A stretch of 57,206 bases of DNA from a virus (IMGVR_UViG_3300025769_000138:1-57206), one strand, 5' to 3'. Counted from the first letter of the stretch, positions 8,114-18,828 are shown. Numbers and translations are program-made. The notes: a model not told the origin generated them from the letters alone.

Positions 8114-9566
8114 ACTACCTTCTAAAAATGTATCTAAAAGAAAGCCGCCTACTATAGAGGAAGACGATCAAGTCCTTACCTCTAAAGCTGGGGGTTATGA
8201 CGATAGACCTATAGCATACAAACCTTTTCCTGGACCTCAAACAGATTTCCTTAAGTCTACAGAGAAGTATGTATTATTTTCTGGAGGAAGAGGATCAGGT
8301 AAGTCTCTAGCTATGTTGGCAGCTCCTTTAAGGTTTGTTCATCATCCTACTTTCCGTGGGCTTATTATCCGTAAGACTATTAAAGACTTACGTGACTTAA
8401 TAAATAAATCTAAAAGTATGTATCAAGCTGCATACCCTGGGGTTAAGTGGAAAGAACAGGATAAGTTATTTGAGTTTCCTTCTGGTGCAAAGATAGAATA
8501 TAACTACTTTGAGCAAGAGAAAGATGCTGACCAATATCAAGGACAAGAGTTTGATTATATAGGTATTGATGAGGTAACTCAATATCCTAGCTCTTATATA
8601 ATGGAAACTTTATCTCCTTGTTTAAGAGGTAACACACATATACCTAAATGGATGAGGTTAACTACCAATCCTAATGGAGCAGGTAGAGGTTGGGTTAAAG
8701 AGACTTTTGTAGATAAAGCTGATCCTGGAGTAACTATTGAACAAGAGGTTACTTTTGATGGCAGGACTGAAAAGATTACTTATAAATGGTTTAACTCTAC
8801 TGTTAGAGATAATCAAGCTTTAATGGATCAAGGTTATGGTATCTCATTAGCTAATATCAAGAATGAAACTTTAAGAAGACAATGGCTTGATGGGGATTGG
8901 GATTCAGCAGATGGATTAGCATTTGATGAGTTTAAACCTGAAATACATGTAGTTAAACCTTTTGAAATACCAAGAGGGTGGATAAAGTTTAGAGCATGTG
9001 ACTGGGGTTATAGTTCAATGGCAGCTTGTTTGTGGTTTGCTATTAGCCCAGATAATAAACTATATGTATATAGAGAGTTAACTACTACTTTAGTGAACGC
9101 AGATATATTTGCTCACATGGTACTAGAGAGAGAAGAAAGAGAGAATATAAGATATGGAGTATTAGACTCTTCATGCTGGCATGTTAGAGGGAATATTGGA
9201 GAAACTACAGCAGAGTCTATGATTAAAGAAGGTTGTCGATGGATGCCTTCAGATAGATCTAAAGGAGCTAGGATAGCAGGTAAGATGCTAGTTCATAAAT
9301 ACCTGCAAGGTCAAGACTTTAAACCAGACTCTAGAGTAATAGAATCTCCAGACCTATTTATATTTGATACCTGTAAAGAATTAATTAAAGAGCTATCTAG
9401 TCTTCCATTAGATTCTAAGAATCCAGAAGATGTAGATACAGATGCAATAGATCATGCTTATGATGCATTAAGATACGGATTATTAAGTAGACCACAATTC
9501 AGATCTCAAGATTTCTTTGCAGATGAGAACAGACATATATCACAAGATTTAACATTTGGATACTAG
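8070..9566 (+). CDS. terL: Terminase large subunit
   Basis: Walker A GGRGSGKS, Walker B IGIDE, TTNP coupling motif, nuclease DWGY and DHAYDALRY; true start may be 8094. Confidence 0.95.
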   Translation: MKNVRYQEMKENNFKLPSKNVSKRKPPTIEEDDQVLTSKAGGYDDRPIAYKPFPGPQTDFLKSTEKYVLFSGGRGSGKSLAMLAAPLRFVHHPTFRGLIIRKTIKDLRDLINKSKSMYQAAYPGVKWKEQDKLFEFPSGAKIEYNYFEQEKDADQYQGQEFDYIGIDEVTQYPSSYIMETLSPCLRGNTHIPKWMRLTTNPNGAGRGWVKETFVDKADPGVTIEQEVTFDGRTEKITYKWFNSTVRDNQALMDQGYGISLANIKNETLRRQWLDGDWDSADGLAFDEFKPEIHVVKPFEIPRGWIKFRACDWGYSSMAACLWFAISPDNKLYVYRELTTTLVNADIFAHMVLEREERENIRYGVLDSSCWHVRGNIGETTAESMIKEGCRWMPSDRSKGARIAGKMLVHKYLQGQDFKPDSRVIESPDLFIFDTCKELIKELSSLPLDSKNPEDVDTDAIDHAYDALRYGLLSRPQFRSQDFFADENRHISQDLTFGY

Positions 9567-11648
9567 ATGGTGACAGAAGCTGAAATAGAAGAACAAACCA
9601 TTCAACAAGAGTTTGTAGGTTTTGTTAGAAATAAGTTTACACATAGTAGAGATTCCAGATCTACTACAGAAGATATCTGGTTGGCTGCATTTAAAGCGTA
9701 TAGAGGTATCCATGATGGAGATACCCAACAGCGTATAGCTAATGCTAAAGAAAAAAACCCAGCAGCATCTTCTGTATTTATTAAGGTAACTAAAACTAAA
9801 GTACAGGCAGCTTACGGGCAGATACTTGAAGTATTATTTGCAGCTAATAAATTCCCTATTGGAGTAGAGCCTACCCCTATACCAGATGGAGTAGAAGAAG
9901 TTGTTAGAGTTGTAGATACTACAGTAGAACAGATGTCAGGCAACCCTGACGTAATAGGGTTTGAAGGGGATGGACAAGATATAGCTCCTGGTGCTACTCA
10001 AGCCTCTTTACTTAACGGGTTTGCAGATAAGCTAAAAGGATTACTAGGTAATAAATCTGTAGAAGCAGGTCCTGCTTTAGATCCTTCTCATGTACAATTT
10101 AATCCAGCAGATGAGACAGCTCAACAATTAGAGAAGGTTATACATGACCAACTAACAGAAGACAATGCTGAGTTTAGTTTACGTAAGACTGCATTTGAAT
10201 TATGCTTATTAGGTACAGGTATTCTTAAAGGTCCTTTTAATTATAATAAAACTATAAATAGATTTACTCAATCTGAAGCTAATGGACCTATTAAATATAC
10301 ACCTGAGAATAAGTTGGTTCCTAGATTTAATTTTGTATCTTGTTGGAACTTCTATCCAGACCCTGAAGCCACTAGGCTAGAGGATGCTGAGTATGTTATT
10401 GAAAGACACTTACTTACTAGATCAAAGGTAAGAGACTTAATAAACATGCCTTTCTTTGATAAAGAAGCTGTAGCTACTGTATTGGCTCAATCTCCTGTAC
10501 ATAGTAAAGAACATTGGGAGTCTGAATTACAAGACGCTCAAGTAGAACCTGATACCACTAGATATGAAGTATTAGAGTATTGGGGTTATTTAGATAAAGA
10601 GTCTGCTAAGGCATTAGGATTAGAGTTTGATGAAGACGAGATATTAGATTCAGTTCAAATAAATGCTTGGGTATGTAACGATCAAGTATTGAGATTGGTA
10701 TTAAATCCATTCACACCTAATAGAATACCTTACTATGCAGCACCTTATGAGGAACACCCTTATCAAATTTGGGGTGTAGGTATACCTGAAAATATGAGAG
10801 ATACTCAAGCTTTAATGAATGGACATATGAGAATGGCTATTGATAACTTAAGGTTTGCAGGAAATATGGTATTTGAAGTTAATGAGAACTTCTTAGTGCC
10901 TGGGCAAAATATGGAGATATATCCTGGGAAAGTATTTAAGATGCAAGGTGGTGCGCCAGGACAAAGTTTACATGGAATTACATTCCCTAATACAGCTGGA
11001 TCTCACTTACAAATGTTTGATAAAGCTATGCAATTATCTGACAGTCAAACACTTCCTTCCTTCTCACATGGGCAGACAGGGGTATCAGGAGTAGGTAGAA
11101 CTGCTTCTGGTATCTCTATGCTTATGGGTGCAGCAGCATTAAGTATTAAGACTGTTATAAGAAACTTAGATCATTACTTATTAAAACCTTTAGGCAAATC
11201 TACCTTCTATTGGAATATGCAATTCAACTCTGAGAATATATCTATGAGAGGAGATGTAGATATTGTAGCTAGAGGTACTTCAAGTTTGATGCAGAAAGAA
11301 GTAAGGACTCAAAGATTGATATCTCTATTACAAATTGCAGGAGGAGATCCTATGGTTAATAGAGCATACATCTATGAGAATATAGCTGAAGCTGCTGACT
11401 TAGATCCTGAGAAGATAGTTAATAGTGTAGATCAAGCTTTATTATATTCACAATTAGTACAAGGACAAACTAATGCTAACAACCAACAACCGCAAGCTAG
11501 TGCCACTGCTGGACAGCAAGGTGTCGGAGGCTCTGGACTTGCTAGTGGGGGAGCTAACCCAACGGACGCTACAGGAGCTGGTGGTGGCAACATCGGAACA
11601 GGATCTGCTCCGTTGCCAGGGGAAGATTCGTTTGCTGGAAACCCTTAA
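9567..11648 (+). CDS. Portal protein
   Basis: Follows TerL; 693 aa; GTGILKGP, NFYPDP, RTASGISML portal-like motifs. Confidence 0.9.
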   Translation: MVTEAEIEEQTIQQEFVGFVRNKFTHSRDSRSTTEDIWLAAFKAYRGIHDGDTQQRIANAKEKNPAASSVFIKVTKTKVQAAYGQILEVLFAANKFPIGVEPTPIPDGVEEVVRVVDTTVEQMSGNPDVIGFEGDGQDIAPGATQASLLNGFADKLKGLLGNKSVEAGPALDPSHVQFNPADETAQQLEKVIHDQLTEDNAEFSLRKTAFELCLLGTGILKGPFNYNKTINRFTQSEANGPIKYTPENKLVPRFNFVSCWNFYPDPEATRLEDAEYVIERHLLTRSKVRDLINMPFFDKEAVATVLAQSPVHSKEHWESELQDAQVEPDTTRYEVLEYWGYLDKESAKALGLEFDEDEILDSVQINAWVCNDQVLRLVLNPFTPNRIPYYAAPYEEHPYQIWGVGIPENMRDTQALMNGHMRMAIDNLRFAGNMVFEVNENFLVPGQNMEIYPGKVFKMQGGAPGQSLHGITFPNTAGSHLQMFDKAMQLSDSQTLPSFSHGQTGVSGVGRTASGISMLMGAAALSIKTVIRNLDHYLLKPLGKSTFYWNMQFNSENISMRGDVDIVARGTSSLMQKEVRTQRLISLLQIAGGDPMVNRAYIYENIAEAADLDPEKIVNSVDQALLYSQLVQGQTNANNQQPQASATAGQQGVGGSGLASGGANPTDATGAGGGNIGTGSAPLPGEDSFAGNP

Positions 11649-11703
11649 GGATGGCAGGATAAAACAAACTGTAGCAGATAGATTAGGAAAAGATGACATT
11701 TAG
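11473..11703 (+). CDS. Small helical protein overprinted on the portal 3' end
   Basis: AAGGA RBS; LLRCQGKIRLLE motif of small proteins that follow podovirus portals. Confidence 0.6.
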   Translation: MLTTNNRKLVPLLDSKVSEALDLLVGELTQRTLQELVVATSEQDLLRCQGKIRLLETLKDGRIKQTVADRLGKDDI

Positions 11704-12745
11704 TTCTGTAGATGAATTTACTATACCTCAGCCTGTAAGAAGACCAGAGGCACAAGGACCTCAACTTCCTGTATCTCCTACTAATATTACTAAAGTCCCT
11801 GGAGTAAAGACGGGGATTGTAGGGGCAACCAATCAAGTAGGTGCACAATTAGGTTTTGGAGGGGTTACTCCAGGATTTGTAGGACCTACCTTACCTACTA
11901 CAGGTGTAGCTACTCAAGCAGGTACTTTAACCTCTACTCCTCTATCTGGTGTAGCTGGAGCAGCAGCAGTCGGTGCAGTAGGAGGACAGCTTATAGCTGG
12001 TATGACTGGAGGTAATGAGACTGGAGGATCTATTGGAGGTGCAATAGGAGGAGCAGCAGGATCTTACGCAGCAGGCACAGCTGCTGGAGCAGCTATCGGA
12101 TCTGCTATCGGAATAGGAGCCCAAGCTTTAAACTTTGTTTTACCAGGCTTAGGTATAATAGTAGGAGGTTTAGCTGGAAGTGTATTTGGTCCAGATGACC
12201 CAAATATAACCTCAGAGTTTACTTCTAGGTTTGGTAAAGATGGCAGACTTACTGATATACAAATAGGATCTAAGCATATAGGTAAAGAGCAAGCTCAGTA
12301 TGTAGCTACTAATATTGATAGTTACTTCAGTAAGATACAATCTTTAACAGGATTAGACTTTGCAGACCATCACATAAGAGGCGGTCTAGGAGGGGGGAAA
12401 GAAGGCACAGGATTTATTAACTTGACTAATTCTGGGGCTAAGAATATAGATCCTTATAGACCTACCACCCAAGATGTTAAAAGAATACAATTTGATATTA
12501 GCAAACCTGATGAATTAAATAATGCTTTGAATCAAGCAGCAATTCATTTAGCTAAAGTATCTGGAGCAAGCGAGAGAACTCTAGAAACCATACGAAATTA
12601 TAAACCCACACAAGCAGGTGTTACTCTAGGAAATCAACCTAGATCTAAAAGTGGAGTTCCTTTAGTAGGAGCTAAGAGAACTAGAAGTAAGACAAGCTTT
12701 GAACAATTCGCTGAAGATTATAGGAGAAAACAAAATAATGTCTGA
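11693..12745 (+). CDS. Gly/Ala-rich (glycine-zipper) putative ejection protein
   Basis: Long GxxxG-rich hydrophobic stretch. Confidence 0.55.
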   Translation: MTFSSVDEFTIPQPVRRPEAQGPQLPVSPTNITKVPGVKTGIVGATNQVGAQLGFGGVTPGFVGPTLPTTGVATQAGTLTSTPLSGVAGAAAVGAVGGQLIAGMTGGNETGGSIGGAIGGAAGSYAAGTAAGAAIGSAIGIGAQALNFVLPGLGIIVGGLAGSVFGPDDPNITSEFTSRFGKDGRLTDIQIGSKHIGKEQAQYVATNIDSYFSKIQSLTGLDFADHHIRGGLGGGKEGTGFINLTNSGAKNIDPYRPTTQDVKRIQFDISKPDELNNALNQAAIHLAKVSGASERTLETIRNYKPTQAGVTLGNQPRSKSGVPLVGAKRTRSKTSFEQFAEDYRRKQNNV

Positions 12746-13106
12746 AGAATTTTTAGTAGAGTTTGAACAAGATACTGAGACTCCAGTTGAAGACACGGTA
12801 GCAGATATACCATCTTTACTTGATGCTCGTATGAATGAACTTCCTGATAATCAAAAGGAGTTCTTTTTGGATCATTTAACCCCTGAGACATTAGCCATGA
12901 TAGGTTTAATATTAGGAGATCCTGCCTTAGACTTCTTCCAACCTATGACAGATATGAATAAGACCATATCTATTTCAGAAAGGGAGAAGGCTTCTGTAGA
13001 TTCTGATGAAGAAAGTTTAGTGACTAAAGCAGCTCAAGAAGTAAAACCTCTTGAAGAACCTGTAGAAGAAGCTGCTTTAGAATCAGAAGATATATTCACA
13101 ATTTAA
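12738..13106 (+). CDS. Acidic hypothetical protein
   Basis: GGAG RBS before the ATG at 12738. Confidence 0.7.
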   Translation: MSEEFLVEFEQDTETPVEDTVADIPSLLDARMNELPDNQKEFFLDHLTPETLAMIGLILGDPALDFFQPMTDMNKTISISEREKASVDSDEESLVTKAAQEVKPLEEPVEEAALESEDIFTI

Positions 13107-13107
13107 C

Positions 13108-13192
13108 AAAGGATACTTAGTATAACTAAACCCTTTTATTTTAGTTCGACTTAGTATTGGACACTTTGTTTTCACAACAAAACCCAATGGAG
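13108..13192 (+). promoter_or_regulatory. Tandem hairpins with a shared AYAC/AC internal loop in the scaffold 5' UTR
   Basis: AAAGG-ATAC-TTAG..CTAA-AC-CCTTT and TATTGG-ACAC-TTTGTT..AACAAA-AC-CCAATG. Confidence 0.6.
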
Positions 13193-13202
13193 ATAAGTTA
13201 AT

Positions 13203-14033
13203 ATGTCAAGTGTAGAAAATCTATTTGCTACTGTAGATGCAAGTAAAGGTGGTGCGCCCATCTTCGATAGATCAGGAACCCCTGAAAAAAATACTATAGA
13301 AGAAAAAGCAGAACCTGAAGATAAAAAGGAATCTAAAGAATTAGATACCCCTTCCGAAACTGAAGAACCTACAGACGTGTGGGAGAAGAGATATAAGGAT
13401 CTTCAATCATTTAAAGATCAGCAAGTAACTGAATACAAAGACAAAATCAAAGACCTTGAAGAAAGACTAAATACTGCTACAAAACCTGAAGTAGTGTTAC
13501 CTAAATCTAAAGAAGACATAGAGAAATTCAAACAAGAGAATAAGGATTTGTTTGACTCTATAGAGACAATGATTAAGACCAATCTACTTGAAGCAGATAA
13601 AGAATACTCTAATAAAATAGAGAAGCTTAAACTTCAGCATCAAGAAGTAACAGCTAATCAAAAACATGTTGAACTTCTTAAAAAACATCCTGATGCTAAA
13701 GATATCAAAGACTCTCCTGAGTTTAAAGAATGGTATCAAAAACAATCATCTGGTGTTAAAGGTTTATTTACCACTGAAGGATCTGTAGAAGATTGGGTTG
13801 TAGGGTTTAACTTATATAAAAGTACTATTAGTACGAAAGAAAGTCAAACTAAAGCAGCTGAATCAGTAATAAGTAATTCTAAAGGTCAGGTAACAAAAGA
13901 AAAGAAAGTCTATAAAGAATCTGAAATTCAAAAGAAAGCTAATTCTTCCCCTCATTGGTGGGAGAAGAATAGGGATAAAATCCTAGAGGCTGAAAAAGAG
14001 GGTCGGATTGAATACGACTTAAGTAAAAAATAA
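13203..14033 (+). CDS. Capsid scaffolding protein
   Basis: Charged coiled coil, WEKRYKDLQ, HPDA, C-terminal EGRIEYD; precedes the capsid gene. Confidence 0.8.
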   Translation: MSSVENLFATVDASKGGAPIFDRSGTPEKNTIEEKAEPEDKKESKELDTPSETEEPTDVWEKRYKDLQSFKDQQVTEYKDKIKDLEERLNTATKPEVVLPKSKEDIEKFKQENKDLFDSIETMIKTNLLEADKEYSNKIEKLKLQHQEVTANQKHVELLKKHPDAKDIKDSPEFKEWYQKQSSGVKGLFTTEGSVEDWVVGFNLYKSTISTKESQTKAAESVISNSKGQVTKEKKVYKESEIQKKANSSPHWWEKNRDKILEAEKEGRIEYDLSKK

Positions 14034-14046
14034 AGGAGATTAAAAT

Positions 14047-14943
14047 ATGGGTAATAATCCATTCCCAGCTGCTGCTGGTTACGGTCAGTTTCCTAATGGC
14101 AACTGGTCTAAGATAACATTCTCAAATGATTTGATTATGTTTAACAGAACCATTTCTGTGGTAGAAGAAATCACTAATAATGATTATCTATCAGATGGTC
14201 CTGTAGGTATGGGTTCTGAAGTAGAGATTATGAAAGAGCCTGAAATCACAGTTACACCTTATGCTAGAGGTAAGCGTTTAACACCACAAAGAATTGATGA
14301 CGATAAAGTAGTCTTAACTATCTCTGAAGCTAATAGTTTTGCCTTTGAGATGGATGATATTGAGAAAGCTTTAGGTCATGTAGATTGGGCTCCTAAGCTC
14401 ATGAACGCTGGTGTATATGCTCTTAGAAATAACTATGATACTTCTGTATTATCTTTCATTGTTTCTAATGCTTCTACTAATGCATCTACTACTGGTGTAT
14501 CTATTGGTTTTGGAGCAGGTTTAACTACCCCTCTAAACTACTTAGGTACTTGCCGTAGGGTTTTAGATGAGAATGATGTAGCTGAAGCAGGGCGTTATGC
14601 AGTATGCTCCCCTCGTTTCTTCGAGTATATGGAAGATGAAGACTCTAGTCTTACTGATATTTCTTATACTGGAGATACAGAGTTTAATGCTTTACGTGCA
14701 ACTAAATTTGGTGCTAACAGAGTTGTTAAAGGGTTTGTACTTTACAAATCTAATAACCTTCCTGCAAATACGGATGTTATCTATGGTAATGTTAATGCAG
14801 TTGCAGCTGTTCAAGCTATTGATAAAACTAAGGTAGCTGATATTCCTGATGGCTTTGGTCAAATGTTTGCTGGTCTTCATGTATTTGGTAGACAAGTAAT
14901 TAAAGATGAAAGTGTGTTCCATGGAACTGTTACTTTTGGTTAA
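14047..14943 (+). CDS. Major capsid protein
   Basis: Strong RBS; ITNNDY, FEMDDIEK, LDENDV..GRY, GLHVFG podovirus capsid motifs. Confidence 0.9.
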   Translation: MGNNPFPAAAGYGQFPNGNWSKITFSNDLIMFNRTISVVEEITNNDYLSDGPVGMGSEVEIMKEPEITVTPYARGKRLTPQRIDDDKVVLTISEANSFAFEMDDIEKALGHVDWAPKLMNAGVYALRNNYDTSVLSFIVSNASTNASTTGVSIGFGAGLTTPLNYLGTCRRVLDENDVAEAGRYAVCSPRFFEYMEDEDSSLTDISYTGDTEFNALRATKFGANRVVKGFVLYKSNNLPANTDVIYGNVNAVAAVQAIDKTKVADIPDGFGQMFAGLHVFGRQVIKDESVFHGTVTFG

Positions 14944-14964
14944 TAATATAAGGAGATAAAAATT

Positions 14965-15417
14965 ATGGCAAATGTTACTACACTTGCATGTGGTGGTTCT
15001 ACAGTTGTTGTCCCAGGTTCTAAACCTATGGACATTCACTGGGAAATTGACATAGCTGAGGCAGTTACTGCTGGTTTGGCTACCACTGAATATGTAACAG
15101 TATTTAGCTTCCCAGCTGATACTTATTACAAAATTAAACAAATCGAAGTTGTTGAGGCACTTTCTTTAGGTGCAGGAGCAAGGATTGATGTTGGTGATGC
15201 AGCGGATGATGATGAGTATGTTACTAATGCAACTACTCTGACTGCTGGTACTAACTTAACTCTTACTTCTGATAATGAGAAGTATCAAGGTTCAGCAGCA
15301 GAAATCAGACTTAAAGTTACAGGTGGTACTATTGCTACTGGTAAGTTAAGATTTGTTGTTGAAGTTGGAAGTATGGTCCGTAATGCTAACGCTACTGAGC
15401 CTACTTATACTAACTAA
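14965..15417 (+). CDS. Capsid decoration/cement protein (putative)
   Basis: Strong RBS; lies between the capsid gene and a terminator. Confidence 0.6.
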   Translation: MANVTTLACGGSTVVVPGSKPMDIHWEIDIAEAVTAGLATTEYVTVFSFPADTYYKIKQIEVVEALSLGAGARIDVGDAADDDEYVTNATTLTAGTNLTLTSDNEKYQGSAAEIRLKVTGGTIATGKLRFVVEVGSMVRNANATEPTYTN

Positions 15418-15424
15418 ACTACTT

Positions 15425-15451
15425 GGGGAGGGAAGCCTCCCCTTCTTATTT
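15425..15451 (+). terminator. Rho-independent terminator
   Basis: GGGGAGG-GAAG-CCTCCCC followed by a T-rich tract. Confidence 0.85.
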
Positions 15452-15462
15452 AAAGGAATATT

Positions 15463-16158
15463 ATGGCATACGATTATATAGGATTATGTAATGAAGTACT
15501 AAAGGCAATAGGGGAAGAAACTTTTGCAGATAGTACGGAGTTTAATGCAGCGGTAGGCTTGCATAATTATGTTAAATGTGCTATAAATTATTCTATAGTA
15601 GATATATATAATCAAGAACAGAATGAATGGTCTTTTGCTAAGACTACAGATACTGTCACTCTAGTAGCAGGTACATTAGAGTACTCTTTAAATGCTAATG
15701 CAGCTAGTGTAGATTGGGATTCATTCTTCATACAATATGATGCAGCTCTTACTTCACCAGACCATAAAGAGTTAAACTTTATATCATATGACAAATACAA
15801 AAAATACAATAGGGAAACAGAAGAGAACGCCCTTACTTCAGATGAGTATAATAAACCAGAGAATGTAGTAAGAACCTTAGATAATAAAGCTATCTTCTAC
15901 CCTAAAACAGATGATGTTTATACTGTAGAGTATGAGTATTTTGCTAAACCTACAGAGTTGAGTGCTTCTACTGACACCCCTTCTATACCTTCTATGTACA
16001 GGCATATAATAGTTTTAGGAGCAGTAGTGTATATGCATCACTATTTAGACGATGAAGTTAAAGCACAACAAACAGAGAAGATGTTTGAAAAGAAAGTAAA
16101 TGATATGCGTAGAGCATTAATAGTTCAAGATGATACAGCGAGGGCTGGTAATTGGTAA
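15463..16158 (+). CDS. Tail tubular protein A / head-tail adaptor
   Basis: Position and size; N-terminal LCNEVL..IGE and WSF motifs. Confidence 0.7.
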   Translation: MAYDYIGLCNEVLKAIGEETFADSTEFNAAVGLHNYVKCAINYSIVDIYNQEQNEWSFAKTTDTVTLVAGTLEYSLNANAASVDWDSFFIQYDAALTSPDHKELNFISYDKYKKYNRETEENALTSDEYNKPENVVRTLDNKAIFYPKTDDVYTVEYEYFAKPTELSASTDTPSIPSMYRHIIVLGAVVYMHHYLDDEVKAQQTEKMFEKKVNDMRRALIVQDDTARAGNW

Positions 16159-17726
16159 GTAGATGGCAGTCTAAAGTAGTTATATGTAAAGGTGGGTTGG
16201 TACTAGATACCGATGCCTTGACTCAAGGAACTGTAACCCCAGGTTCTGCTAGGATATTACAGAACTATGAACCAGCATTGGAAGGTGGCTATAGACGTAT
16301 TGATGGTTATAGTAAGTATGATTCTGCCGAGCTAGCTACAGGTAGTGATAAGAAAGTATATGGCGTTAAAGTAGCTTTCTCAGGAGTATTTGCTTATGCA
16401 GATACTGGTACATCAAATGACTACAGGCTCCATTATAGTACAGGCTCAGGTTGGGCTGATGTATCAGGTGCTGCTAGATCTACTACAGCTCCAGGTAAAG
16501 CTAGGTTTGTATCCTACTATATGGGAGAGGAAAGACTTGTCATGGTCGATGGCAAGGATGAAGCAGTAAGATATAATGGTACTACCTCTGGGGATCAGAC
16601 TCTTATAGATGGATCAGGATCAGGATCAGGAACCCCTCCAGCAGACCCTAAGTTTTGTGAATATTTCTTAGGAAGGTTATGTCTAGCAGGATATAGCTCT
16701 AATCCTTCAGCTGTAACTTTATCTGCACCTAATGATGACTTGAAGTTTTCTGGAGTAGATGGTGCAGTAGAAGTAAATGTAGGAGATATAATTGTAGGTA
16801 TTAAGACCTTTAGAGATACTTTATATGTATTCTGTAGGAATAGTATTTATAAAATAGTAGAAGATGTAGGTACTTCATTTGCAGTATTAGATGTAGCTAA
16901 ATCTATTGGATGTATAGCTACAGATAGTATACAGGAGTTAGGAGGGGATTTAACTTTCTTAGCTCCAGATGGATTAAGATCCGTAGCAGCTACAGAAAGA
17001 ATAGGAGATATTGAACTAGCATTATTGTCTAGAAGAATACAACCTTTTATCAAACCTTTGATAGCCTCTGTTACAAATGATAACTTTAGCTCTTGTACTA
17101 TAAGAAGAAAGTCTCAATATAGATTATTTAAGTTTGATTCTAGTATTACTGAATCTAGTACATTAGGTGTATTAGGAAAACTAGAACCTACAGAAGCAGG
17201 TATCTCTTATGAGTGGTCTACTTTAAAAGGTATTCAACCTTATTGTTGTGATTCTTTTTATGATGGATCAGATGAAGTAGTAGTATTTGGACATCCTTCT
17301 GATGGCTATGTCTATCAATTAGAATCAGGAAATAATTTTGATGGAGATGAGATATCAGCAGTATATTCTTCTCCTCAGATAACTTTTGATGATGCTACTA
17401 TAAGAAAAGTATTACATAAGGCAGATATCTATACTCAAGTAGAAGGTTCTATAGAAACAGATTTATCCGTATTATTTGATTTCCAAGAGACAGATAAGAT
17501 CCAACCTCCAAGCCAAACAATAGCTACAGCTGCTGGAGGAAGTACATATGGATCTGCTGTGTATGGGACATCTAGTTATGGTATCTTAGAGTTTCCAGTA
17601 TTTAGAAAATCACTACACGGATCAGGGTTTACAGCAGCTTTTAAATACACATCTTCTACTTCAGATAAAGCATCACATAGAATAGACAGCTATCAAATAA
17701 CATACAGTCCAAAAGGAAGAAAGTAA
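16152..17726 (+). CDS. Tail tubular protein B / nozzle
   Basis: NYEPALEGGYRRIDGY, IGCIA..SIQELGGDLTFLAPDGLR; beta-propeller-like. Confidence 0.75.
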   Translation: MVSRWQSKVVICKGGLVLDTDALTQGTVTPGSARILQNYEPALEGGYRRIDGYSKYDSAELATGSDKKVYGVKVAFSGVFAYADTGTSNDYRLHYSTGSGWADVSGAARSTTAPGKARFVSYYMGEERLVMVDGKDEAVRYNGTTSGDQTLIDGSGSGSGTPPADPKFCEYFLGRLCLAGYSSNPSAVTLSAPNDDLKFSGVDGAVEVNVGDIIVGIKTFRDTLYVFCRNSIYKIVEDVGTSFAVLDVAKSIGCIATDSIQELGGDLTFLAPDGLRSVAATERIGDIELALLSRRIQPFIKPLIASVTNDNFSSCTIRRKSQYRLFKFDSSITESSTLGVLGKLEPTEAGISYEWSTLKGIQPYCCDSFYDGSDEVVVFGHPSDGYVYQLESGNNFDGDEISAVYSSPQITFDDATIRKVLHKADIYTQVEGSIETDLSVLFDFQETDKIQPPSQTIATAAGGSTYGSAVYGTSSYGILEFPVFRKSLHGSGFTAAFKYTSSTSDKASHRIDSYQITYSPKGRK

Positions 17727-17727
17727 T

Positions 17728-18828
17728 ATGGGATCAGGGTACGTCAGGCAAGAAGCAGCCAATATTATTACAGGAAATACTATTGAAGCTTCACATCTTA
17801 ATAATGAATTTAACGCATTGCTTGCAGCATTCGATGCTAGTACAGGACATTCTCATGATGGGACTCCAGGTGAAGGACCTCAGATAAGTTTAACAGCTTC
17901 TGTATCAGGTACTCTCCCTGTAGCTAATGGGGGTACTAATGCTACTACAGCCAGTGCTGCAAGGACATCTTTAGGTGTAGCTATAGGTACAGATGTACAA
18001 GCCTACAATGCAGAGCTTGGAGAGATAGCAGCTATTACACCTGTAGATGGAGACTTCTTAAAGAATGTATCAGGTACTTGGACTGTAGTTAATGAATCTA
18101 ATTTCGAGATTAATAAACTGAGATGTAAGAATTCAACTAATCAAATCTTATTAGATTCAGATGCAGCTAATACTGGTACAATAAGTATGGCTACATTATC
18201 TTCTGACCAAACTTATACATTTCCTGATGAGACAGGTACTGTTATATTAGATGCTGACCAAGCTTCAGCCAGTTCACTAGGTATAGCTAGTTTCTCTCCT
18301 ACTTACTTTACAGTTACTGCTGGAGATGTAGCTATAGATGATGCTACTACTACAGGTAAAGGTATATCTGAATTAGCTACAACAACAGAGATAAACACAG
18401 GTACAGATACAGGAAGAACTATTACTCCAGGGGCTTTATCTGATAGTAACTATGGTTTAATTCCAGTATCTTTTCCTAGTGCTACTACTTTAGATACTTC
18501 CACAGGAGATGGATGGAGCTATTTTCATGTACCTTCTACTTTAAATGGGATGGACCTAGTCTCAATAGAAGCTTTTGTAGCTACCGCAGGTACAACAGGT
18601 ACTACTGATATCCAAGTACATAATGTAACAGATGCAGTAGACATGCTATCTACGGTACTCACGATAGACTCTACTGAAACTAATAGTTCTACAGCAGCTA
18701 CTCCAGCAGTTATTAATACAGCTACTGATGATGTAGCTACAGGAGATGTACTAAGAATAGATATTGATGCTGTTAGTACTACTCCAGCAAAAGGCTTAGT
18801 TGTAATTTTATATTTTAGGATTCCGTAA
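17728..18828 (+). CDS. Tail fibre protein
   Basis: N-terminal anchor GYVRQ...GHSHDG; GTLPVANGGT and GISELAT fibre motifs. Confidence 0.75.
   Translation: MGSGYVRQEAANIITGNTIEASHLNNEFNALLAAFDASTGHSHDGTPGEGPQISLTASVSGTLPVANGGTNATTASAARTSLGVAIGTDVQAYNAELGEIAAITPVDGDFLKNVSGTWTVVNESNFEINKLRCKNSTNQILLDSDAANTGTISMATLSSDQTYTFPDETGTVILDADQASASSLGIASFSPTYFTVTAGDVAIDDATTTGKGISELATTTEINTGTDTGRTITPGALSDSNYGLIPVSFPSATTLDTSTGDGWSYFHVPSTLNGMDLVSIEAFVATAGTTGTTDIQVHNVTDAVDMLSTVLTIDSTETNSSTAATPAVINTATDDVATGDVLRIDIDAVSTTPAKGLVVILYFRIP

Noticed and set aside
14930-14965. Capsid frameshift or readthrough into the next gene
   Set aside because: Double TAA stop, no clear slippery heptamer, and the next gene has its own strong RBS
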